This document shows positions 38,465 through 47,204 of a stretch of 64,000 nucleotides of DNA, piece after piece. The notes below the pieces were generated by a model. That model did no database searches. It was not told where the DNA came from and saw nothing but the letters and a program-made list of their open reading frames with translations. Position 1 is the first letter of the stretch. The number at the start of each line of letters is the position of its first letter. The stretch comes from an uncultured Lachnospiraceae bacterium (GTDB lineage Bacteria > Bacillota > Clostridia > Lachnospirales > Lachnospiraceae), in the NCBI GenBank assembly GCA_947363565.1, contig CANAPP010000012.1, positions 423-64,422 on the forward strand. The letters run 5' to 3'. The position numbers and the translations under genes are program-made.

Positions 38465-39367
38465 TTGAAAGTAAAAATGATGAGGACCACTATGATGCAA
38501 CCATTTCAAATTGACGAAAATCAAGTAGAACAAATTGAAGGCATGACCACAGAGTACCCTTATTGCCTGCATAAACGGGATTTGACGGATTTTATCATTC
38601 CGTGGCATTGGCATGAGGAATTAGAACTCGGATATATTCAGGAAGGCACCAGTAAGATCGTCACAATCCATGCAGAATATATTATCCGCCAGGGCGACGG
38701 GTTTTTTATCAACAGTAATGTAATGGATATGAAAAAAAATGCCGCTCCGGGAGCACGGGTACTGGAAATCAATCACATATTTCACCCTATTTTCCTGAGC
38801 GGACATTTCAAAAGCCGTTTTGAAAAAAAATACTTAACTCCAGTTATCAATAACCACCAGATAGAAGTTTATATTATCCGGAGGGGGCAGCCAATATCAG
38901 ATAAAATTCTTACAAATCTTTATCGGCTTAAGGAATTTCAAACACATGAGAACATGGAATTTCAAACCAGGAATCTTCTGTCCGAAACATGGCTTTTACT
39001 TTTAGAGGATATACAGAAAAATTATAACATAAATAAAATATCAAAATTTGATCAGTCAGACAGAATCCGAAATATGCTTTCTTTTATTCATAATCATTAT
39101 AAAGATAAAATTACAGTATCACAAATCGCGGATGCCATAGGGATAAGTGAGCGGGAAGCTATGCGCAGTTTCCGCAAAAGTCTTAATCAAAGCCCTATAG
39201 AATACCTGATCTCCTACAGACTTAATGAGGCAAAGAAAATGCTGCGGAACAGTGAGCTGTCTATAACGGAAATATGCTATCAATGCGGGTTCTCTGACAG
39301 TTCCTATTTTGGGAAAACATTCCGCAAAGCCTACGGACTTACTCCAAGAGAATTCCGCTGTCATTAA
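38465..39367 (+). CDS. AraC family regulator with cupin domain
   Basis: PWHWHEELE; CGFSDSSYFGKTFRK. Confidence 0.92.
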   Translation: MKVKMMRTTMMQPFQIDENQVEQIEGMTTEYPYCLHKRDLTDFIIPWHWHEELELGYIQEGTSKIVTIHAEYIIRQGDGFFINSNVMDMKKNAAPGARVLEINHIFHPIFLSGHFKSRFEKKYLTPVINNHQIEVYIIRRGQPISDKILTNLYRLKEFQTHENMEFQTRNLLSETWLLLLEDIQKNYNINKISKFDQSDRIRNMLSFIHNHYKDKITVSQIADAIGISEREAMRSFRKSLNQSPIEYLISYRLNEAKKMLRNSELSITEICYQCGFSDSSYFGKTFRKAYGLTPREFRCH

Positions 39368-39395
39368 TCTTTCTATGCGTATATTTTTGGTGTTT

Positions 39396-39839
39396 TCAGC
39401 ATAAATGGCATTTTTGCCTCATCGGATCATATAACCGCTTATCCGTCAGATGAAATATGACAACATTATCCTTTTCTGAATAGATCCCTGCAACCTTATA
39501 TGTATGCGATAAATCCATGTCATTCATTGTCATAAGCCCATGCACAAACGCCCGGCTTGTCACCTGCATCTGGACATGATTCACAAGATATATCCTGTCC
39601 GGAACCTTGAAGGACAACGTTTCCGTTTTTTTACACGGTGCTACGATGATGGAATCCATACTCCTGTTCACTTTAAGACATATATACGAGGGTGCCCCAA
39701 GAACCCTTACCACATCTTTTCCGATATTAATCGCATTCCCCTTTCCGTAAAAAGATATCTCAAGCCTTACATTCTTTTTTTCGCCCTTCCATAACCGATT
39801 TGGCGCTTCACTGGCTTTCCGGTCCATTATCTCATCCAT
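39396..39839 (-). CDS. hypothetical protein, paralog of recombinase C-terminal domain
   Basis: RBS AGGAG; motifs YICL..N, IIVAPC, TSRAFV, YKVAG, VIFHL. Confidence 0.75.
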   Translation of the reverse strand: MDEIMDRKASEAPNRLWKGEKKNVRLEISFYGKGNAINIGKDVVRVLGAPSYICLKVNRSMDSIIVAPCKKTETLSFKVPDRIYLVNHVQMQVTSRAFVHGLMTMNDMDLSHTYKVAGIYSEKDNVVIFHLTDKRLYDPMRQKCHLC

Positions 39840-39843
39840 TGTT

Positions 39844-40611
39844 TCATCTCCCTGGCTTTTGTATTGATCCGCAGTTTTTCTCCTGTTCCGCAGGATAGTC
39901 AGCGTATGACTGTCCTGTATATTCTCCCAGATATTCAAATATATTCATCTGCCTTGCCTCAACATAATCGTTATAAGATTTACCGATACAGTCCTTATAG
40001 GCATCCGGATAGTATCTCACCTGTTTTTTCTTAATCTCACCTGTTTCTTCATTGACAAATTCCACCGGCCGGGAAGCGAACATGATCGCTTCATCAAGCT
40101 CAAATACCAAAACCAGCCCTTCCCTGGAATTCGCAACATGTCCGAGGACCTTATACCGGCAGCTTAATTTCCATCCCATCAGTTTATACACATTATGGAT
40201 GAAATCCTCGGAGGTAATGTCACGGTTCACCCACTCGTTATCCTTTTGCCGTCTTCTCGCCCACGCCACGGAAGCGCTCTGCTCCTCCGGACACATAACA
40301 ACCGTCAGCTTTCTTTTGTCTGGATGGATCAATGGCAGAATATATTCCACTCCGGCAAACAGACGGACACTGGCCATGTTAAATGTCATCCTGCCGTATT
40401 TGATACTGACCGCCGGCTTCTTCAGCATAGAAAACTGTGTACGGGGCGGCAGGACATAGCCGTCCAGATTTTCATACTCTAACTCCTGATTCTGTGCCAT
40501 CCTTGATTTCACAAGCTGGCGGATCAGTTCCTGGTCACTGTAATTATATGACTGTTCCTTTGCTCCATTCTTTACCTCACCAGCATCCTGAATTATCTCT
40601 ATATCATCCAT
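39844..40611 (-). CDS. hypothetical protein, paralog of recombinase C-terminal domain
   Basis: RBS GGAGG; aligns by eye to recombinase residues encoded at 40940-41310. Confidence 0.8.
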   Translation of the reverse strand: MDDIEIIQDAGEVKNGAKEQSYNYSDQELIRQLVKSRMAQNQELEYENLDGYVLPPRTQFSMLKKPAVSIKYGRMTFNMASVRLFAGVEYILPLIHPDKRKLTVVMCPEEQSASVAWARRRQKDNEWVNRDITSEDFIHNVYKLMGWKLSCRYKVLGHVANSREGLVLVFELDEAIMFASRPVEFVNEETGEIKKKQVRYYPDAYKDCIGKSYNDYVEARQMNIFEYLGEYTGQSYADYPAEQEKNCGSIQKPGR

Positions 40612-40627
40612 GATCAGCCCTCCGCTT

Positions 40628-42517
40628 CTACATCAGCATTAACATTTCTTCCAACTCATCCCCAATCTCTTTTCTGGCAGGGATTTTCCCGATAAGAGGA
40701 TTGTCCGCAATATTTCCCGCCTCTGCCATATCGTCTTCCGAAAGCGAAGCAACTATACTGTCTCTTCTTTTTCGCATTGCGTAAAGCATCCCGGCCCGGT
40801 GTTTTCTCCATTCCTCCATATCCTCATTATATAAATAAAGCTCACTGTTCTTGTACGGTATGTATCTCGAAGGTAACTGCCGCTGCTCTTCTGACAATAC
40901 TTCCGCTGCCTTCTTTACCGTCTTACTTGCTACGATCTGCGGCTCATCAAGAAAGAAGACCATAAGTTTTTTGCCGCCCCTCTCCTTGGTAATACCGCGA
41001 AACCTGAAACTGTATTTTTTGATCCAGTCCTGCTCTTCATATACAGCCGTACAGAAGGCATTGGCTGAAAATGACAGTATCGGACTGCCTTCTTCGTTTT
41101 TCCACCGAAAACTTCCCGATCCATCGCCGCAGTTTCTGATGATGATCGTCTGCAGCAACGGATGATACAAAAGTTCTATATTTGCACAATTATTAAACCT
41201 GTCATGGCATTTTTTATTGAACTTTATCTGTTTATTAGTTATCGTAAGGGTCGGAGTATCCCAGCCGATAAAATAAGCGCTGTGCGGGGCATAGTATCCG
41301 GTAAAATCCATGGAAAGGACTTTACTGTGCTCTTCCCCGCTAATTATCCTCGCCTCATACTCTAAATGTTCATATTCCTCATCACTGTATACACTGCGTG
41401 ACAGTTCCACCAAAGCTTTTCTGTCTATGCCGCTGAAGCCCGGATGGATACTAACGAATCCCTTTAATCTTCCCGTGTTGATCACACGGATATCCGGTAC
41501 GCCATCCACTCTTCTGCTGGATGCCATCATATGTGCTGCTCTTGCTATCTCCGGAGTAACTATCCCTCCATGGTGATTTGGTACAAATGCACTTTCTCTT
41601 ATGCCGTCGTTTTTCATTTTCTTTCCTTTCTTGTAATCAACAGTAATCGTCTTTCTTGCCCTCAAATCTCCCCACCTTCTTTCGTTCATGAGAATATTAC
41701 TGACCATGTCGCCGTTCCAGTCTGTTCTGCCTGTAAGGGTTTTCCGTCCCTTGTCTGTAAGTATTTTTGCTATTTCATCATAAGAATATCCGTAAATGCG
41801 TGCAAGGAATATAAAACGGACAGTCAGTGCCTCATCCTCGACAATGACAAAGCCGCCCTCTGCCGTATGCCTGTACCCCAGCAGATCTGATACCGGGAAC
41901 TGTCCTGTACAGATCCGCTGATCATAAGAGAGTATCATCCTGCGGCTCTTGTTATCCGACTCCCAGTCTGCAAGCATGGCATGGATGGAAAGCGCCTGAT
42001 GGCAGTCTGGATCTAAGGTATAGATATTTTCCGTCTCAAAATAAACGCCTACCGGATGAGAGGGGTTCTTTGTCTTTAAATTGCTGATCTGTTCTATGCA
42101 GTCAGTCATATTCCTCGCAAATCGGGAGACACTGGCACAAAGAATCAAGTCCATCTTCTTATCTGCCGCGTCTTTAAGCATTCTTTTGAATTCCGTCCTT
42201 TTCTTTATTGAAGTGCCGGTTTTCCCTTCATCCGCGTAGATTTCCTGCATCGTCCAGTTCGGAGTTTTACTGATCTTCTCTGTGTAATATTTCGTCTGGT
42301 TTTCAATTGACGACACCTGTTCCTCACTCTTAGTGCTGACTCTGGCGTATACTGCCACAGCCTTTTCTCCTTTGTCCAGAATAGAAGGCTTTGGTCTGGC
42401 CGGATAAAACACAGTCCCTTCCGGTATCCTGGCATTTCGCACCCTCTGCCTTGTAAAAGTTTTCCGTTGTTCTTGATCTGCATCCTGCGGTACCTGGATC
42501 TCTTTTTCTTTGTCCAT
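40628..42517 (-). CDS. large serine recombinase with atypical C-terminal domain
   Basis: YARVST (Ser codon 42335-42337), IYADEG.TGT...R.EF, SVSRFARN, recombinase domain LGY...EDEALTVRFIF; start at 42517 after GGGGAGG. Confidence 0.92.
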   Translation of the reverse strand: MDKEKEIQVPQDADQEQRKTFTRQRVRNARIPEGTVFYPARPKPSILDKGEKAVAVYARVSTKSEEQVSSIENQTKYYTEKISKTPNWTMQEIYADEGKTGTSIKKRTEFKRMLKDAADKKMDLILCASVSRFARNMTDCIEQISNLKTKNPSHPVGVYFETENIYTLDPDCHQALSIHAMLADWESDNKSRRMILSYDQRICTGQFPVSDLLGYRHTAEGGFVIVEDEALTVRFIFLARIYGYSYDEIAKILTDKGRKTLTGRTDWNGDMVSNILMNERRWGDLRARKTITVDYKKGKKMKNDGIRESAFVPNHHGGIVTPEIARAAHMMASSRRVDGVPDIRVINTGRLKGFVSIHPGFSGIDRKALVELSRSVYSDEEYEHLEYEARIISGEEHSKVLSMDFTGYYAPHSAYFIGWDTPTLTITNKQIKFNKKCHDRFNNCANIELLYHPLLQTIIIRNCGDGSGSFRWKNEEGSPILSFSANAFCTAVYEEQDWIKKYSFRFRGITKERGGKKLMVFFLDEPQIVASKTVKKAAEVLSEEQRQLPSRYIPYKNSELYLYNEDMEEWRKHRAGMLYAMRKRRDSIVASLSEDDMAEAGNIADNPLIGKIPARKEIGDELEEMLMLM

Positions 42518-42531
42518 TGCAAACCTCCCCG

Positions 42532-43008
42532 TCATCGGACCGCACGCATGATGGTCGTCTGCCACTCCCTGAAATCATCGGGATTTAAGGAAATGTATTT
42601 CTCCGCCATCTTAGCCAGCTCCTGCAGTTGATTTTCTGCGTTTCCTATTGTATCGATGTGATAATGCTTATCCTCCGTAATGATATCCACACCATTACCG
42701 AATCCCCTGAGCATCTTAAACAAATAACAGAACTCCCTTGTATCCGCGGCGAGATACCCTTTGGTCTGTACGGCAATGCATTCCACTTTCCCACACCTGC
42801 ATTCATGAAGGAGCCTTAACATTTCCGGTCTCTTAGCAATTTCCCTGTTCCCGGTAATGTCAACGTAGACCCCGGCCAGTTCATACTTATCGGATCCTGC
42901 ATATTTGTCCGCATAATATTTCTGATGATACGAAAGGGCATCGTCCCGCCGTTCACCCCACAGCTTTGCCAGCTTCGCATATCCGGCAACCTTTATTTTC
43001 TTACTCAT
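42532..43008 (-). CDS. resolvase-N-like protein lacking catalytic Ser
   Basis: GYAKLA replaces Y.R.S; retains VYVD.TG...RPEMLRLL.EC..GKVECI. Confidence 0.75.
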   Translation of the reverse strand: MSKKIKVAGYAKLAKLWGERRDDALSYHQKYYADKYAGSDKYELAGVYVDITGNREIAKRPEMLRLLHECRCGKVECIAVQTKGYLAADTREFCYLFKMLRGFGNGVDIITEDKHYHIDTIGNAENQLQELAKMAEKYISLNPDDFREWQTTIMRAVR

Positions 43009-43199
43009 CTTTTGTCTCCGTTTCTGTTGGGACACACCCGTCGTCTGGCAGCCGTCAGGGACATTGTTCAGATTTCCGTCAAGACTTATACTAACTTAAC
43101 TGCTCCGTCATGTCCCATATGGTATACGGATACCATAACCACTTTATCTTCACCTCCGCCACGTTTCTTTTCTGCCTTTGATATATCCACTATGGTTAT

Positions 43200-43249
43200 A
43201 TCATAAGACCGAAACGGTTAGTTGTCAATCTAAAACTGTCCAATTTGGA
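43200..43249 (-). promoter_or_regulatory. promoter/operator region of recombinase operon
   Basis: TTGACA-17-TATGAT (43228-43200); palindromes ACCG-AAA-CGGT (43208-43218) and TCCA-ATT-TGGA (43239-43249). Confidence 0.7.
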
Positions 43250-43301
43250 TGCTTAAATTATACCAAAACAGAAATATAATAATAAAGCAGGAGGTATCGT
43301 C

Positions 43302-43625
43302 ATGGAACTAAAAAAAATCCGTATGCAAAAAGGATTAACACAGCAGGCCGTAGCGGATGGCATTCAATGTTCCCCAACTGTCTATGCCCGATACGAACGC
43401 GGCGAAAGGGAACCTTCCATTGAAATGCTGCTTAAACTTTCTTCTTTTTTTGATGTTACCGTAGACTATCTTCTTGGTAATGTTGAAACAACAATGTCAA
43501 CTTTTACAAAATATGAGATGGATCTGGTCATGGCAGCCAGAGGCGCCGATGACCGGGCAAAAGAAGATGCGCTGAATACACTGCGGGCACATCAGATGAA
43601 AAAAGGAAAAGTCTGCCGGGCATAA
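43302..43625 (+). CDS. XRE-family repressor
   Basis: LTQQAVAD...YARYERGEREPS...VTVDYLLG. Confidence 0.92.
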   Translation: MELKKIRMQKGLTQQAVADGIQCSPTVYARYERGEREPSIEMLLKLSSFFDVTVDYLLGNVETTMSTFTKYEMDLVMAARGADDRAKEDALNTLRAHQMKKGKVCRA

Positions 43626-43784
43626 TGAAAAAAGAGGGAAACATCATATATTTATCCTGGAACTGATAAGGATACCGTTTAACGCATCTGGTCTATATGT
43701 TTAAGAAAATAATTGAGCAGCAGGAAAACAATTTATCACAAAGAGGTTGAACAGAAAATGCAATCATTATGCAAAGAGAAAGAG

Positions 43785-43824
43785 AAAAAAGCCGCAATCC
43801 CAGTATTTGCTGGTCATGCGGCTT
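43785..43824 (-). terminator. terminator after guaA
   Basis: AAGCCGCA...TGCGGCTT followed by U-tract on minus strand. Confidence 0.65.
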
Positions 43825-43832
43825 AACTCCAG

Positions 43833-45125
43833 TTATTCAAATTCTATAGTCGCCGGCGGCTTAGGACTCATATCATAGCACACCCGATTCACATTCTCCA
43901 CCTCAGAAAGTATCCGGTTCGTTATCGTCTCCAGCACATCCCAGTCCACCTTCTCCACAGATGCCGTCATAGCATCGATCGTATTAATCGCACGGATGAT
44001 CACCATATACTCAAACACCCGCGCATTGTTCTTCATACCTACAGACTTAAAGTCCGGCACCACGGTAAAATATTGCCATACCTTCTTATCAAGTCCGGCT
44101 TTTGCAAATTCCTCCCGGAGTATCGCATCCGACGCACGCACCGCCTCAAGCCTGTCTTTTGTAATCGCACCCAGGCATCTTACGCCAAGCCCCGGTCCCG
44201 GGAACGGCTGGCGGTAGACCATATCGTAAGGCAGGCCAAGTTCTACGCCGCATGCACGCACTTCGTCCTTGAAAAGCTGTTTCAGCGGTTCTACCAGCTC
44301 GAACTTCAGATCTTCCGGAAGGCCGCCTACGTTGTGGTGGGATTTCACCATCTTCGCTGTCTTCGTCCCGCTCTCGATAATGTCCGGGTAAATGGTTCCC
44401 TGACCGAGGAAGTCGATTCCTTCTAACTTTCTCGCCTCTTCCTCAAACACGCGGATAAACTCCCCGCCGATGATCTTGCGCTTCTGCTCCGGATCCGCTA
44501 CATTTTCAAGCTTGCCTAAGAAACGTTCAGACGCATCTACATAGATCAGGTTAGCGTGAAGTTCATCGCGAAACACTTTTACAACACTCTCGGATTCATT
44601 TTTCCGCATCAGGCCGTGATTAACGTGGACGCACACAAGCTGCTGCCCGATCGCCTTGATGAGCATCGCCGCCACCACAGAAGAATCAACCCCGCCGGAC
44701 AGCGCCAGCAGCACTTTCCTGCCGCCCACCTGCTGGCGGATAAGCTCTACCTGGTCTTCAATGAAGTTTTTCATCTTCCAGTTCGCTTCTGCCTTGCATG
44801 TCCCAAATATAAACTCCTTCCATGCATCCTTATCCGGCAGCGCATCAAACTGCGTATCACATCTGGACTGGGGATAATCGATGGAGATCATCGGGATTCC
44901 CAGGTCATAAAGCTCCGGCCTTACCTCAACCGGCGCTCCGTCTACAATGCGGTTCTCACCGCCGTTAAGTACTATGCCCTTTACATTGTCAAATGCCTTT
45001 AACTCCTCTGCCGTGATATCATGGGGATGGATCTCACTGTATACGCCAAGTTCGCGGATTTCTCTGGCAGCAACTGTGTTCTGCGTGCTGCCCAGATCCA
45101 GAATTACGATCAAATCTTGTTTCAT
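43833..45125 (-). CDS. guaA: GMP synthase with shortened, degenerate glutaminase domain
   Basis: ALSGGVDSS, QGTIYPD, KSHHNVGGLP, RQPFPGPGLG, KPPATIEFE; N-domain lacks catalytic Cys and HPE. Confidence 0.9.
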   Translation of the reverse strand: MKQDLIVILDLGSTQNTVAAREIRELGVYSEIHPHDITAEELKAFDNVKGIVLNGGENRIVDGAPVEVRPELYDLGIPMISIDYPQSRCDTQFDALPDKDAWKEFIFGTCKAEANWKMKNFIEDQVELIRQQVGGRKVLLALSGGVDSSVVAAMLIKAIGQQLVCVHVNHGLMRKNESESVVKVFRDELHANLIYVDASERFLGKLENVADPEQKRKIIGGEFIRVFEEEARKLEGIDFLGQGTIYPDIIESGTKTAKMVKSHHNVGGLPEDLKFELVEPLKQLFKDEVRACGVELGLPYDMVYRQPFPGPGLGVRCLGAITKDRLEAVRASDAILREEFAKAGLDKKVWQYFTVVPDFKSVGMKNNARVFEYMVIIRAINTIDAMTASVEKVDWDVLETITNRILSEVENVNRVCYDMSPKPPATIEFE

Positions 45126-45198
45126 GGGTAATGTCTCCTTAATCTTTTTATCTTTGTCATATTATAGCAGATAAATGCAATAATTGTATACGCATTTC

Positions 45199-46023
45199 CT
45201 ACCACAGTTCCATTTTAAGCTCCTGCACATCCGTCTCTTCAAAATCCGCTGTCATCTGCGCCTTAACCGGAACCACAACTATCGCCTTTTTGAATCTCCC
45301 CGAAGCAGTAATCTTCTGCCGGCTTACAAATCCTTGTTTATTCACCGTACTTACAAGGCTTAAGCTTTCCACCTCCACAGAAGCATGTCCAGGAAGCATG
45401 TCCTCAGCTCCCGTCTGCGCCAAGAGCTTCGCGATGTAATCCTCGGCGATAAAAGACGGCAGCTCGTAGGAATATACTTTATCCGCGCCGTCTTCCTCCA
45501 CACGGATATTCTCAATGTCGCCGGATGCATCTATGACCATATCCGTAATATCCATGATGATTCCGAGGACTTCATCCTGAGACTTTTGCTGCTTATCCTT
45601 CTTTTTCCCGTCATCGGTGTAGTACCATCCGTCTTTGTAATACGCCGTTGACACAGCATCCCCCGGGCTCAGCCGGGTCTCCATGGCCATCTGGAGGTCT
45701 TGTCTGTCCTCTCCTTGTACCGCCTGGATTTTAGCTTCCATCCCGAATTCCCCGTTAATCGTCTTCCCGCCAAGCTTAAGACTGCCCTTTGTAAAAGCCT
45801 TAAATGATGCAAGCGTCGCGGTCTTTTCCATCGCTTCTGCGATAATCTCATTATCCGTGCGGGAATCCATATCGCCTTTGCCCTGCGCGGTATCTTCTGC
45901 GGCTTCTTTTGTCCCTTCTGTCTGGGTCTTTACATTCTCCTGCGTATCAGCCTCATTATGTCCGCACCCGGAACAAACCATCAGGCAGATGAGCGGCAGG
46001 AGCAGTATCTTCGCTATTCTCAT
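45199..46023 (-). CDS. putative lipoprotein
   Basis: Lipobox VCSGC; LolA-like beta-rich body. Confidence 0.7.
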   Translation of the reverse strand: MRIAKILLLPLICLMVCSGCGHNEADTQENVKTQTEGTKEAAEDTAQGKGDMDSRTDNEIIAEAMEKTATLASFKAFTKGSLKLGGKTINGEFGMEAKIQAVQGEDRQDLQMAMETRLSPGDAVSTAYYKDGWYYTDDGKKKDKQQKSQDEVLGIIMDITDMVIDASGDIENIRVEEDGADKVYSYELPSFIAEDYIAKLLAQTGAEDMLPGHASVEVESLSLVSTVNKQGFVSRQKITASGRFKKAIVVVPVKAQMTADFEETDVQELKMELW

Positions 46024-46031
46024 GTCATTTC

Positions 46032-47162
46032 CTACTTTACCGTAACAATCTCATAATCCCTGCTGCCAAGCCCGATCTTCTCTGCATGTGCAAGGCATGT
46101 CTTATATTCGGAGTTCACGGTAGTATTCTCAAAGTGGTCGTGATGGTCGCAGAAATCCGCCTGTTTCATGTTGTCCGCAAGCTGGCTGTTTGGGAGAGGC
46201 TCTGCCTTTAAGCAGGCATCCACACACGCCTGGTCGAGAGCCAACGGGTCAAAGGACGCGAACATCCCGATATTCGGCAGAATTGGCGCATCATTCTCCG
46301 CGTGGCAGTCACAGTTGGGCGATACATCCACGATCAGGGAGATGTGGAAATTCGGCCGGCCGTCTACGACTGCTTTCGTATACTCCGCCATCCGGCAGTT
46401 CAGTACCTTCGTCGCCGCATTGTCCACAAAGTCAATGGCATCAAAATTACATGCCCCGATGCACCGTCCGCATCCGACACAGTTTTCCATATTAATGGAC
46501 ATCTTCTTTGCCGTCTCGTCAAACACAAGTCCGTCATTGGCACACTGTCTCATGCACAGGCGGCATCCCCGGCACAATTCCGGGTCAACAGACGGTTTCC
46601 CGTTTCTGTGCTGCTCCTTCTTTCCCGCGCGGGAACCGCATCCCATACCGATATTCTTGATGGTGCCGCCAAACCCGGTCATCTCATGGCCCTTAAAATG
46701 GGACAGGCTGATAAACACATCCGCATCCATCACCGCGCGGCCGATCAGCGCTTTCTTTATGTACTCGCCGCCCTCAACCGGAACTTCTATATCATCCGTT
46801 CCCTTAAGCCCGTCGCCGATGAGAATCGGGCATCCAACCGTAAGCGGCGTGAACCCGTTTTCCCACGCACAATAAAGATGCTCCAGGGCATTTTTGCGGC
46901 TGCCTGGATAGAGCGTGTTGCAGTCTGTAAGAAACGGTTTTCCTCCAAGCTCCTTCACCACATCCGCCACCGCTTTCGCATAGTTCGGGCGCAGGAAACT
47001 GATATTCCCAAGCTCACCGAAATGCATCTTGATTGCGGTAAACTTGTTATCCATATCAATCTCTCCGATTCCTGCCGCCTTGATCAGGCGTTTCAGCTTG
47101 GTCGGCAGTCCTTCCCCAATCTTCGCCCTGAAATCTGTATAATACACTTTTGATTTTGCCAT
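46032..47162 (-). CDS. DUF362 Fe-S protein
   Basis: IKMHFGE, SHFKGH, KNIGMG, two CxxCxxCxxxC motifs. Confidence 0.9.
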   Translation of the reverse strand: MAKSKVYYTDFRAKIGEGLPTKLKRLIKAAGIGEIDMDNKFTAIKMHFGELGNISFLRPNYAKAVADVVKELGGKPFLTDCNTLYPGSRKNALEHLYCAWENGFTPLTVGCPILIGDGLKGTDDIEVPVEGGEYIKKALIGRAVMDADVFISLSHFKGHEMTGFGGTIKNIGMGCGSRAGKKEQHRNGKPSVDPELCRGCRLCMRQCANDGLVFDETAKKMSINMENCVGCGRCIGACNFDAIDFVDNAATKVLNCRMAEYTKAVVDGRPNFHISLIVDVSPNCDCHAENDAPILPNIGMFASFDPLALDQACVDACLKAEPLPNSQLADNMKQADFCDHHDHFENTTVNSEYKTCLAHAEKIGLGSRDYEIVTVK

Positions 47163-47204
47163 ATCATCTCTCCTATTCTCTAAAATATTTTCTGCAGCAT
47201 CTTC

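Larger units (their letters stand above)
37130..43832. mobile_element. serine-recombinase genomic island downstream of guaA 3' end (left boundary uncertain)
   Basis: Visibly AT-richer block, recombinase operon with divergent XRE regulator, abuts guaA stop. Confidence 0.6.

Noticed and set aside
36831-43845. CAAATTCT shared by 36831-36838 and the guaA 3' end as an att core
   Set aside because: Only 8 bp and AT-rich, with no flanking similarity; compatible with chance.
45126-45198. Purine riboswitch before guaA, or lysine riboswitch/T-box directly before lysS
   Set aside because: The intergenic spaces are short and lack the conserved motifs.
46168-47153. Long plus-strand ORFs (similar ones at 7790-8608, 14433-15050, 56941-57699, 61711-62334)
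   Set aside because: Antisense shadows of well-supported minus-strand genes.
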